From a virus (lineage: Duplodnaviria > Heunggongvirae > Uroviricota > Caudoviricetes), in IMG/VR virus record IMGVR_UViG_3300008262_000022: 64,000 nt of DNA, one strand, 5' to 3'. The translations under genes were made by a program, and so were the position numbers. Shown here one piece after another: positions 20,203 through 30,800 of the stretch. Numbering within the stretch: the stretch's first letter is position 1; the number at the start of each line of letters is the position of its first letter. The notes under the pieces are model-generated. The model saw only the letters and a list, made by a program, of their open reading frames with translations, was not told the origin of the DNA and did not search any database.

Positions 20203-20727
20203 ATGATAAAACTATCCCAAATATTGAAAGAAATATCATCATCTCCTGAATACCTCACTTTAAATACAAATGATAAAAACTTATACGAAACATATATATT
20301 ATTAGGAGAATTATTAAATCCGGATAATTCATATCCATATGAAGAAAAGATAAAAGGGTTATGGGAATATAAGGATATAATGGATAATATATATTTTGTT
20401 CGATTAACATATCAACCAACAACTCAACCTCATTTTGAGTTAAAAACAGGATATTATAATGAACATGGTAAACCTCAATACGACCCGCCAGTACCTGATA
20501 ATTCAACTAGTAAAGATTGGGATAAACGAAGTGATACTGTTGCTAAAATATATCGTGATGAAATAATACCTATGTTTATAGAGCAAAACATAAGTAATAT
20601 ATTAATCATAAAACCACTAGAAATTAAAAGATATCAATTTAGTGTAAGATTAATAGATAAATTTACCCCTAACAACATTCAGATAAAATATAATAAACCT
20701 CAATCTATTGTTTTAACAAAACCATAA
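20203..20727 (+). CDS. Hypothetical protein with MIKLSQILKE leader; paralogue of 38930
   Basis: Shared leader and body motifs with the 38930 ORF. Confidence 0.65.
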   Translation: MIKLSQILKEISSSPEYLTLNTNDKNLYETYILLGELLNPDNSYPYEEKIKGLWEYKDIMDNIYFVRLTYQPTTQPHFELKTGYYNEHGKPQYDPPVPDNSTSKDWDKRSDTVAKIYRDEIIPMFIEQNISNILIIKPLEIKRYQFSVRLIDKFTPNNIQIKYNKPQSIVLTKP

Positions 20728-20782
20728 TATTTATCACCACGAAATTACTTTTTCCGAAGTATACAGAAAGATTGGCTTGGCT

Positions 20783-20813
20783 TTTGCCAGGCCTCTTCTT
20801 ATCGTTATATTTA
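20783..20813 (+). promoter_or_regulatory. Bacteroidota-type promoter
   Basis: TTTG-N19-TATATTTA. Confidence 0.5.
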
Positions 20814-20833
20814 TATAAAATAATAAGTTATAA

Positions 20834-21604
20834 ATGGAAAATACTGTTACAAAACCAAAATTCCCAACAGAGATAGTAGATTTACCTTCAAAAGGTTTAC
20901 TTTATCCTAAAGAAAACCCACTATCAAGCGGTAAAATTGAAATGAAATATATGAGCGCGCGCGAAGAAGATATTCTTACAAACGCAAACTATATTAAACA
21001 AGGTACTGTTATTGATAAACTATTGCAAGCTCTTATTGTATCTCCTATCAATTATGATGATTTATTGATTGGTGATAAAAATGCAATTTTAGTTGCCGCT
21101 CGTATATTAGGATATGGTAAAAATTACCAATTTACTTACGTTAATTCGCAAGGTCAAGAAGTAGACGCGGTAGTTGACCTAACTACTCTTAACGACAAGA
21201 TAATCGAAGATTCTCTTTATACCCCCGGTTTAAATGAGTTCAATTTTAAACTACCTCACTCAGATAATACTGTGACTTTTAAGTTATTAACACATGGTGA
21301 TGAAAAGAAAATTGAAGCTGAAATAAAAGGTTTACAGAAAATCAATCCAAGTGCTACTTATGACGTAACTACTCGTTTAAAATACATGATTACATCAGTA
21401 AACGGTAATCGTGAAGTAAAAGAGATACGTGAATTCGTAGATAATTTCTTAATGGCTAGGGATGCCAGAGCATTACGTGAATATTATGTTAAAATACAAC
21501 CTGATATTGAACTAAAATATATTCCTAATGACGAAAACTATGTTGGGGAGGGCATAGATATTCCTATTTCTCTTAACTTTTTTTGGCCTGACTCAGGAAT
21601 ATAG
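20834..21604 (+). CDS. Tail assembly chaperone / baseplate hub subunit (gp26-like)
   Basis: FPTE.VDLPSKG.LYP, M.A.EEDIL, LL.GD.NA.L.A.RI.GYG; lies between the tube and tape measure genes. Confidence 0.75.
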   Translation: MENTVTKPKFPTEIVDLPSKGLLYPKENPLSSGKIEMKYMSAREEDILTNANYIKQGTVIDKLLQALIVSPINYDDLLIGDKNAILVAARILGYGKNYQFTYVNSQGQEVDAVVDLTTLNDKIIEDSLYTPGLNEFNFKLPHSDNTVTFKLLTHGDEKKIEAEIKGLQKINPSATYDVTTRLKYMITSVNGNREVKEIREFVDNFLMARDARALREYYVKIQPDIELKYIPNDENYVGEGIDIPISLNFFWPDSGI

Positions 21605-21857
21605 ATTAGTTTTATTTAGTCAAATACACGACATTTGTTTCTGGGGACAAGGTGGATATGATTGGAATACTGTTTATGATATGCCCGTTTGGTTACGTAC
21701 GTTTACCTTTAATAAAATAAAGGAATACCATGATAAACAAAACGAGGAGATTGAAAAGCAGCAAAATATGATGAATAATAACAGTAAAAAACAAGAATTA
21801 GCAAAACCAAATATAACCCCTAAACCAGATTACGTTACAAGAGCACCTAAAAAATAG
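21578..21857 (+). CDS. Frameshift extension of the tail chaperone (no own ATG before the conserved region)
   Basis: +1 frame from ggc 21585 is open for 90 codons (GLTQEYRLVLFSQIHDICFWGQGGYDWNTVYDMPVWLR...). It is entered at the T7 run 21578-21584. Confidence 0.7.
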
Positions 21858-21867
21858 GTGCTTTTTT
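21842..21867 (+). terminator. Intrinsic terminator
   Basis: agcaccta-aaaaa-taggtgct plus a T-tract. Confidence 0.75.
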
Positions 21868-21882
21868 GTATATTTATAACAT

Positions 21883-23853
21883 ATGGCTGACGATAAAGAT
21901 AAAATAATAAAAGATTTAAATCAAGCATTAGATAGCTTAGACCAAAGAATTAACGGAGCGGTAAATACATTAAACACTCAGTTTATTACTGGTTTAACTA
22001 ATTCTATAAATAAGGCTAGAGATTTAACTAAGGCTTTTGAAGATGGTGAAAAAATTGAAAAAAAATTAACATCCGAACGAAGAAAAATTAATAATAGTAT
22101 AGATTCTAGTCTTCGTTTAGAAGCTAAATTACAAGATAAAATATTAAAAGCTAACACAACAGGAAACTATACTAAAGCCGCATCTCTACAAATCCAATTA
22201 GACTCTCTAGTAGCTCAAAGAGAAATAAATGAGGAATTAGATTATAATTTACTACAACTAGAGAAAGCAAATAGTTTAGAAAGGCAACTAACAGAAGAAA
22301 AGAAAAAACAAAATTCACTCAGCGGAGTAGCTAAAAAACTATATGACGATAACTTTAAAAAAATAGTAAACTCTTTTACTACCCTACAAGGTGTAATAGA
22401 TTTACTGATTAAAGCTGCTTTTAATTTTAATAAAGTATCAGTCGATGTAGGTAAGAATTTTGGATATGGAGCAGATCAAGCAGATAGATTAACATCTAAT
22501 TTAGCATCAGCTGCTAGAAATTCAAGTAATGTTAACTTTACATTAAAGAATGCGGCCGAAGCAATGACCCAGTTGAATGAACAAACTGGATTTGTTGCAG
22601 AATACTCAGCACAAACACTTGAAACTCAAATAATGTTAACCAAACAGTTTGGTTTAACAGCAGAAGAGGCATCAGGAATATATAAGTTCTCAGTATTAAC
22701 TGGTAAATCTACAGAACAAATAAACAAGTCGATGGTGGGAGCATATGTTGCTGCTCGTAATCAACTTGGAGTAGGAATACCATTTAAAGCTACTATGGCT
22801 GAAGCCGCTAAGGTGTCAGGTCAATTAGCAGCTAACCTAAAAAATAATCCTGAGTTTATAGTTAAAGCAGTAGCTCAAGCAAAAGCATTAGGTACTACTT
22901 TAGAACAAACTAAAAAACAGGGTGAATCATTATTAGAATTTGAATCTTCAATTGAAGCTGAATTAAAAGCTGAATTATTGACAGGTCAAGCCCTTAATTT
23001 AGAAAGAGCTAGAGCAGCAGCATTAATGGGTGACCAAGTTACAGTAATGAAGGAACTTAATAATCAAGGAATGACACTTGAGAAGTTCCAAGCAATGAAT
23101 GTATTAGCCCAAAAATCATTTGCTTCTGCTATTGGTTTAAGTGCAGATGAATTAGCAAATCAACTTAGACAACAGAAATTAGCAGTTGAAAGTGGTAAGT
23201 CATTAGCTCAAATTACTGAGGAAGAAGCAATAGAAGCACAAAAACGCCAAAACATACAAGATAAATTTAATGCTGCTGTCGATAAATTAAAAGACTTAAT
23301 AGGTAATTTAGTAGCAGGTCCTCTTGGTAAGTTTTTGGATATGATAAGTAGTATATTATCTCATACAACTGCTTTAAAAATAGTTGTAGCAGGATTGGCA
23401 GGATATATGGTAGCCTCTCTTATCCCCTCATTTAGTAGATTAGCAGTAATAATGAGATATATAAGAATGCAAGGAATAGGAACTGCTATAGCTACTGCTA
23501 TTTCAAATCCATTTGCCGCTATAGCTGGTTTGGCTACGGCCGGTATAGTAGGAGCATATTTAAATTCCAAAACGGCAGATGACATGGTATCTGAAGGAGG
23601 TTATGGGAAACGCACATTATTAGCTCCAGAAGGTGCTATTAAGTTAAATGATAAAGATACAATAATAGCGGGAACTAATTTAGGTAGATCTAACCCACAA
23701 CCTCAACAAATAGACAACACAGCTTTAATAGCAGCTATCAATAGACAAACCGATGTAATAGCTAGTAAAAATTATACACCAACATTACAAGCAATAGTAG
23801 AGGGCTCAGTATTAGCAACGGGAACTGTTCAAAATTCTTATAACTTAGCTTAA
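21883..23853 (+). CDS. Tape measure protein
   Basis: 656 aa helical, Ala/Leu/Gln-rich; FESSIEAEL.AELLTG..LNLERAR; position after the chaperone. Confidence 0.8.
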   Translation: MADDKDKIIKDLNQALDSLDQRINGAVNTLNTQFITGLTNSINKARDLTKAFEDGEKIEKKLTSERRKINNSIDSSLRLEAKLQDKILKANTTGNYTKAASLQIQLDSLVAQREINEELDYNLLQLEKANSLERQLTEEKKKQNSLSGVAKKLYDDNFKKIVNSFTTLQGVIDLLIKAAFNFNKVSVDVGKNFGYGADQADRLTSNLASAARNSSNVNFTLKNAAEAMTQLNEQTGFVAEYSAQTLETQIMLTKQFGLTAEEASGIYKFSVLTGKSTEQINKSMVGAYVAARNQLGVGIPFKATMAEAAKVSGQLAANLKNNPEFIVKAVAQAKALGTTLEQTKKQGESLLEFESSIEAELKAELLTGQALNLERARAAALMGDQVTVMKELNNQGMTLEKFQAMNVLAQKSFASAIGLSADELANQLRQQKLAVESGKSLAQITEEEAIEAQKRQNIQDKFNAAVDKLKDLIGNLVAGPLGKFLDMISSILSHTTALKIVVAGLAGYMVASLIPSFSRLAVIMRYIRMQGIGTAIATAISNPFAAIAGLATAGIVGAYLNSKTADDMVSEGGYGKRTLLAPEGAIKLNDKDTIIAGTNLGRSNPQPQQIDNTALIAAINRQTDVIASKNYTPTLQAIVEGSVLATGTVQNSYNLA

Positions 23854-23877
23854 AATATTAATAATAAATTAAAAATT

Positions 23878-24501
23878 ATGATAAGATTAATAGGTTTATT
23901 AAAAGAAAATATAAATTATTTAAAACCTCAAAATAGTGAAGAAAAATTATTACCTCTTCCTAAAAAAGCAAAAGATAATGAAGGAAATACTGTAACACTA
24001 ATAGGTCAAGAATCTAAATTTATATATTGGGATGATAATGGAAATAGATGGACTTCAGATGGTGAGAATCTATATAGTAAATATAAGATGAATAGATATG
24101 ATGCAATAGAATTTAAGAAAAAACCTAAACTAGAACCGGAAGCTGTAGACAAAGCTTGGGAAAAAGCATATGATGAACATACAGACTCATTAAAAATATT
24201 TGTTAACGATATATTAGAAGTTCCATATGATGTTAATTTAGGATGGAGAGATGGCGTCGATGAAGATATTATTTTTATCACATCTAAAATATATGGTACT
24301 AATCCAACTACTTTTACTACTTACCATAAAGAAGTAGATGGAGATCAGATAGATTATAAATATGAATCATATAAACCAATAAATGCCACCGCAGATGAAA
24401 TTGAAGATGCTTTAACTAAAAGAAAATTAAAAAAATTAGGTTTGGAAGGAACGATTAAATTGGTTGATCTATTAAAAGAATACACTAAATTAGTTTCCTA
24501 G
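23878..24501 (+). CDS. Hypothetical protein with MIRLIGLLKE leader
   Basis: 207 aa; a second copy of the motif (TIKLVDLLKE) lies near the C-terminus. Confidence 0.65.
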   Translation: MIRLIGLLKENINYLKPQNSEEKLLPLPKKAKDNEGNTVTLIGQESKFIYWDDNGNRWTSDGENLYSKYKMNRYDAIEFKKKPKLEPEAVDKAWEKAYDEHTDSLKIFVNDILEVPYDVNLGWRDGVDEDIIFITSKIYGTNPTTFTTYHKEVDGDQIDYKYESYKPINATADEIEDALTKRKLKKLGLEGTIKLVDLLKEYTKLVS

Positions 24502-24540
24502 ATTTTTTAATTCTGTAATATTTATAATAAGTTAAAAATT

Positions 24541-24951
24541 ATGATAAAATTAATAGATTTATTAAATGAATCTCAATATTCTCAATTAGAATTAACACCA
24601 ATGGGGGAATTACTTCTTAATTACCTCAACTCAGATGTTGAATCTGATAAACCTGAAAATTATCATCTATCTTCAAGAGATGAACAAATATTAATGGATA
24701 TGGGAATGTATGTTACTGATGGCTTATATACTGATAATAAATTTACTAATTTAGATATATTTGCATTAGATATAGCATCTGGAGAATATCAAGATCCACA
24801 ATTAGGTAGACAAAAAGTTTTAAATAAAATAAATACTGCTATCAAAAAAGGATGGGTTAAAATAGTTCCTTATAAAGGTAATCCTTTTAAAGATAAAAAT
24901 AACGATGATGATAATTCAATAGGTAGAGGTAGAGATTTTATAGGAGTATAA
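24541..24951 (+). CDS. Hypothetical protein with MIKLIDLLNE leader
   Basis: 136 aa acidic ORF preceded by TATTTAT. Confidence 0.65.
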   Translation: MIKLIDLLNESQYSQLELTPMGELLLNYLNSDVESDKPENYHLSSRDEQILMDMGMYVTDGLYTDNKFTNLDIFALDIASGEYQDPQLGRQKVLNKINTAIKKGWVKIVPYKGNPFKDKNNDDDNSIGRGRDFIGV

Positions 24952-25029
24952 ATTAAAACAAATAACATTATGGAATATTCTTATAATCTAGCTTAAAATA
25001 TTAATATTTATTATAAATAAATTACAACT

Positions 25030-25446
25030 ATGGCAGTAGTAGATCAATACAAAACAAGTACGCTTGGGTTATTAGTTAGACATAATGTTGAACCTCAAAG
25101 AGATTTAACAGCTAAAAATTCTTACTGGGGATATAGAGACCCATCAGCTAATGTAGACCCAGCATTAAGTCAATTACATGGAGAAGGATTTTTTGACCCT
25201 TATACATTAGGTTACTCAGTAGATGGTACTCCTAATGTTAGAGTATCATCATTCGGTGATATATCAGCGGGTAGTACAATATCTGTTAAACAACCTTCAC
25301 TTATAGATGAATTAGACCCGAACGCCCCTAATAACACCCAAATAGGAAAACCAGTACCTAATGGAGGCCCAGTAGTTTCTCAAATTTACAAATCTCCTAC
25401 AGGACAAAGATACAGAGACTTAGGACCTACAGAAGGACGTTATTAA
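25030..25446 (+). CDS. Hypothetical (tail/baseplate region) protein
   Basis: 138 aa, preceded by TATTTAT. Confidence 0.6.
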   Translation: MAVVDQYKTSTLGLLVRHNVEPQRDLTAKNSYWGYRDPSANVDPALSQLHGEGFFDPYTLGYSVDGTPNVRVSSFGDISAGSTISVKQPSLIDELDPNAPNNTQIGKPVPNGGPVVSQIYKSPTGQRYRDLGPTEGRY

Positions 25447-25456
25447 TAAAACATAG

Positions 25457-27577
25457 ATGGCTTTAAGAGATCTAGTTAATGACACAACCTTAAAATCTTT
25501 AAGGTACGGTAATGATCAACTAAATGAAGGATCTAGTGGCCAACCTTATATAACTACAGACGTAAATGATCCCAATTTAACTAATCTAACACTAGCTAGA
25601 GGAGAATTAGGAAGACTATTACAAAGAGCAGGTATAACACCTGGAATTACTCTTGATAATAAAATAGGTAAAGATGCTGGTTTTATTAGAGGAGGATTTT
25701 TAGGAGCAGCCAATGCAAGTATAGTAGATACTGTTCGTGTAGGAAGTTGGATAGTAAATAATCCACTATGGATTGCTAAACAAGTAGGTCTACAATTATC
25801 TAATCCTAGATTAGAAACTCCAAAAAATGTATCATTATTAACTAATCCTGGTAATTTATTATCATTAGGAACTAGTGGTATTATCCAACCTACTAGAATA
25901 TATAATTTAGGTATTAATACTTTATTACAAGTACCTACTAATGCTTTTGGAGTTCACTTCTATAGACATGGTTTAGGTCCTACAATGGATGATAACCAAA
26001 AATATGAAGCTATAGCTCGTGCTAATAACGATATATTCGGATCTTCTGATAGTAACAGATTAATTAGTTTAAAAAATACTCTTAAAATTAGCTCCCCTGT
26101 AATAGGTTCATCTTTCCCTTCTGTTTTAACAGGAATAGGTAATATATTACGTAGAGTCCTCCCTGACTCAGCTGGTTCTATATTAAATAGTTTATTTGGA
26201 GATAATACTCCTATAGATGATTATTTAACAGGACCGGGATCAGTATATGGTATTGGTTCAACTACAATTAGAAGATACCAAAATACTTCCATAGGTGCTA
26301 AAGGAGGTGAATTAAATAAGATTTTTTTAGAAAAAGGAAGAAGTATTTGGGATAATAATACTGCAGCCACAGATATTAATTATGGTTTTGGTAAAAATAT
26401 TCCTTTAGTTTCTAATTTTTTTGGATTATCAAGAGATATAAATAATTCTAATAATCAAACAGGAATAGATTCGAATGGTAATGTAGTTGTACCTGTCCCT
26501 GAATTACCTAATTATGAAGGAAAAACATTAGTAAATAACGAAAATACAGCTGTAAATTACAATAGTGCTTCTCCTTCTTTAAGAAAATATGGAGATTTAT
26601 TTGCGGCTATAAAAACAAATATAACACAAAGCATTTCTTTCTCAGATTCTGAGAAATATAATCCTACACCCGCTGTAAATTCTCCGTTTGCTGCGGATAG
26701 ACGATATTTTACTACTCAAGATTTAGAAGCTAAAGCTGGGTTAAGAAGAGATGATCCTGATTTTAGATATTATGGTAAAAGAACTACAGTAAGCGGAAGT
26801 GAAGGAAGTATAGCTAAATATGGGGATGGAATTAAAGTATTTGAACGATATGATTCAGATATATTAACAGTAATGTTTAGAGGAGTAGATCCATTCACTT
26901 TAAATGAAGAAAGATGGGCATTCTCAGCATATTTAAGTGGATTCAAAGATAGCTTTGATGGAACTTGGAATGATGTAAATTATATTGGGAGATCAGAAAC
27001 TTTTTACATATATTCAAAATTCAGAAGATCAGTATCATTTAGTTTAAAAATACCTTGCTTTAATAGAGCACAATTGTTTGAAAAACATAGAGCATTAGGT
27101 CAATTAGCATCAACTACTGCTGGTAGATATAATACTAATAGTACTCGTGCTTTAGGTGGAATGTTATTAAGATTAAATGTGGGTAATTATTTAGTAGGTG
27201 AATATGCAACTATGAATAACTTAACCTATACTGTTCCTGATGATGCTAGTTGGGATATAACTCCAGAAGCTAGATTAGCGATGTATATTGAGGCTAACTT
27301 CAGTTTTAATATTGTACATCAACAATTACCTCAATATTTACCTAGTAGAGAGGTAGGTGGTGATAATGATGATGTTGGATTCTTTGGTTATTTAAATAAC
27401 AGCATTAGAGGAGATGCCGAATTCTTAAAAATAGCCGGAAGAACAAATGATGAACAAAAATTAATAACATCCGGTTTTGCTTTAAATTTAAATGAAACTT
27501 CATCTAAAGGAACAATATTAGCCAAAGAAAACCCTAAACCGGTAGTTGGAAGTACATCACGATATATTAGACCATAA
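25457..27577 (+). CDS. Baseplate / tail tube initiator-like protein
   Basis: C-terminal F.AYL.GF.DSF...W....Y.GR.E.FY.Y..F.R.VSF.. domain typical of tube-initiator genes. Confidence 0.55.
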   Translation: MALRDLVNDTTLKSLRYGNDQLNEGSSGQPYITTDVNDPNLTNLTLARGELGRLLQRAGITPGITLDNKIGKDAGFIRGGFLGAANASIVDTVRVGSWIVNNPLWIAKQVGLQLSNPRLETPKNVSLLTNPGNLLSLGTSGIIQPTRIYNLGINTLLQVPTNAFGVHFYRHGLGPTMDDNQKYEAIARANNDIFGSSDSNRLISLKNTLKISSPVIGSSFPSVLTGIGNILRRVLPDSAGSILNSLFGDNTPIDDYLTGPGSVYGIGSTTIRRYQNTSIGAKGGELNKIFLEKGRSIWDNNTAATDINYGFGKNIPLVSNFFGLSRDINNSNNQTGIDSNGNVVVPVPELPNYEGKTLVNNENTAVNYNSASPSLRKYGDLFAAIKTNITQSISFSDSEKYNPTPAVNSPFAADRRYFTTQDLEAKAGLRRDDPDFRYYGKRTTVSGSEGSIAKYGDGIKVFERYDSDILTVMFRGVDPFTLNEERWAFSAYLSGFKDSFDGTWNDVNYIGRSETFYIYSKFRRSVSFSLKIPCFNRAQLFEKHRALGQLASTTAGRYNTNSTRALGGMLLRLNVGNYLVGEYATMNNLTYTVPDDASWDITPEARLAMYIEANFSFNIVHQQLPQYLPSREVGGDNDDVGFFGYLNNSIRGDAEFLKIAGRTNDEQKLITSGFALNLNETSSKGTILAKENPKPVVGSTSRYIRP

Positions 27578-27579
27578 AA

Positions 27580-27885
27580 ATGAATAGATACGAAAACGGA
27601 ACTATACTAAAAACAGAAACAGGACAACCATATTATAAGGGTAAATTCTATCCTAATATTCCTGTATCTGAAAATGATTTTTATGTAATAACTTCTGAAG
27701 GAGATAGACTTGATCTTTTAGCTCAAGCTTATTATCGTGATTCTACTTTATGGTGGATAATAGCGGTAGCAAATAATAATATAAATAAAGGCCTACTATC
27801 CCCAGTACCTGGTACGCAACTAAGAATACCTGTTAATATAGGCGAGATAATCGCGCAATATAACAATTTTAATAACGCTAGATAA
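27580..27885 (+). CDS. LysM-like baseplate wedge protein (tail protein X / gp53-like)
   Basis: EGDRLDLLA..YY.D..LWW.IA.ANN...G.QLRIP. Confidence 0.75.
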   Translation: MNRYENGTILKTETGQPYYKGKFYPNIPVSENDFYVITSEGDRLDLLAQAYYRDSTLWWIIAVANNNINKGLLSPVPGTQLRIPVNIGEIIAQYNNFNNAR

Positions 27886-27892
27886 TTAAGTT

Positions 27893-30800
27893 ATGAGTAT
27901 ATTTAAAGATACATTTACTGAAAAAGTTAGAAATCAACTTAAAACTAGAGGAAATGCGTTTTTAAAACGCACTTCTAATGATATCATATACATAAATGGA
28001 AGAACGGCTTGGGTAAGAATGGTATCTGGAGTAGATGTAGGAGGAGATAGTACATTAGCTAAAGAAAACATATTACAAGGTGGATTATTACAAAGTAACG
28101 GTAAATCTTTAAGACAAGGAGTAGGTAGTAATTTTACAACTAATGCCTATAGCAATACAACAAACGGTATAAACAACCTTTATGGTTTAAGACCAATGCC
28201 TGGTATTACTAATATAGATATTCAAAGTAAATCAGCATATGGTTCAGTACGTGTAGCAACAGTAACATTTAATTGTTGGGATATAAGACAATTAGAAACA
28301 TTAGAACTGTTATATATGAGACCAGGATTCCCTGTATTGTTAGAATGGGGTTGGTTACCTTATTTAGATAATAATGGAAATATAGTTACTAATTTAAAAA
28401 ATGGTTTCTATGATATTTTTACTTCAAAAATATCTCCTAAAACAGGAAAACCAATTTCATTACATGAAAGATTAATTGAAGTATACAATAAATCTCAAGA
28501 AAATGATGCTAACTACGAAGGTATGTTAGGTTACATTAAAAACTATAGTTGGTCATTAAGACCAGATGGAGGATACGATTGTACTACTGAACTTATATCA
28601 ACTGGTGAAGTATTAGAATCATTAAAAGTAAATTATTCTGTAAATTATATTGCACCTACTACATTAGAAAATGGTTTAATTTTTACTGAAAAATCCTCAG
28701 GTACATCTCTTACAGACAAAAATAAGTACGGTAAATATATAGCTAAATTTTACCAAAATAATATTCTAGCGGGGGCAGCAGCTGAAGCTATATTTACAGC
28801 ATATACAGAAAGAGATCAGAAAAAAAGAACTGATGATGATTTAAATAAAGGATTTTCTTATTCTATATTTGATACAAACGGAACAATAACAGGAGATAAA
28901 GGACATAAAATAGATATGTTTGTATTTAAATTTATGTCTGTAGATACCCAAGATAGTGATCCTGACTTAGTAAATGGAATCGATCCTACAATCCAAGTAT
29001 ACATGGATTTAAATTCATTAACTAAAATTATAAGTAAACATGTAATCCCAACAAATCCAGAAAATGGAGACCCATTAATACCTTTAACAACTAGATCAAG
29101 AGAATATACACCTGGGATAAATCCTGATTTATATTGTTTATATCACCCTTTACAAATATCAATGGATCCTAGGGTATGTTTAATAAAAAATGACCTATTT
29201 AAAAAGGCAATATCAATAAACCCAGAATATAATTCTCCTACTACTGTTTGGAATATAAGTAATTTATCTTCTAATGAGCAAGGATTTGCCCTATTTACTA
29301 AAAGTTTTATTAGTATATTTATTGATTCTATTAATAATTTAAGAGATGATGACGAATCTAAAATAATTTATATACAATCAGCTATAAAAAATTTAAAAGA
29401 ACGAGCTAGTACTTATGGTATTACTAATGAAAAAACTATAGGTAGATTTTTAGCCAATGCATGGGAAGAATATAAACTTAAAAATGTAGATATTAATATT
29501 GGTGCCGGAACTAATCAAGTTACTTATATCAATTATTTAAGAGCATTAAATAATACTAATATAAATGAAGATGAAAATAACTTTATAAATAGAGTAACAG
29601 GTATTGACTTTGTTAATTTCATTAAGCAAAGATTAGGATTAATCCAATCTACACAAGAAAAAAATATCATATCCTCATTAGGACCAGATTACTCTTTAAT
29701 ATACATCCCCGATAATAATATTGCTTTATCTTCTCAAGATGCTATTAAAGCAATTATATCTAACCTTAAAGAAAATATTACTAGACAAAATATTAAATTT
29801 GAAGGAATTGAATTTTTAAATAGATTACCAAAAGAATTTAGAACCTCTCTTAACGGAAAAAGTTTAGGTAATATAGGTAATATATTCATTAATTTATTAA
29901 ACGTTATTAATTTAGCTACTAATGGAGATTTAGAAGCAAATGATGTTAAAGAAAAACAAGAAATAAATTTATATGATTTTATAAAAAAATTAATGGGACA
30001 GGTTCAAAGTGCTATAGGTAATTTAAATAACTTTGACATACATACTGATCCTATTGATGGAATAGGTAGAATTATAGACATTAACTATGTTGATGAAAAA
30101 CAAACAACAGAAGCATATAATACAGCTTTTACATTTATAAGTCAACCTGATGAAGTGGGTATTCCTATATTTAATGGGTTGGTAAACAATGTTCGTTCAT
30201 ATAAGTTTAATTCTAAAATATTTAAAGAACAAAGTAGTATAGTAGCTATTAGTGCCCAAAATGGAGGCGGAGTAATGGGACTAGATAATGAAACATTAGT
30301 AGGATTTCAAACGGGTCTTACAAATAGATTAGCTCCCAATACAAAACCAGCATCTGCTCCTTATATCCAAAGTCAAGGAACACAGATAATAGGTACATTA
30401 AGTCAATCTCTAGTTTTACTTCAAACTTTTTTAGAAGACATAAATTGGATTCCTAAAGATTGGTGGTGGGATAAAGAAAGAACATATGATATAGAGAATT
30501 CTGAGAAATATAAAAATGCTTTACGTGATATGATAAAAGCATTTGTTGCTTTTTCTAAAGATGATGCATCATTTAAAGCTATAATTCCAACAACCGTATC
30601 ATTAGAGTTAGACGGTATAGGAGGAATTATAATTGGTCATATATTTAGATTACCTGATGAAATTATTCCAGCAGGATATAAAGGAGATATCATTAATAGT
30701 AATAAAATAGGTAGAAAACTGGGATATATAGTAACTAGGTTAGGACATAAGTTGTCAAACTCAGATTGGGTTACTAGCATTGAAGCCCAAACTATAATAC

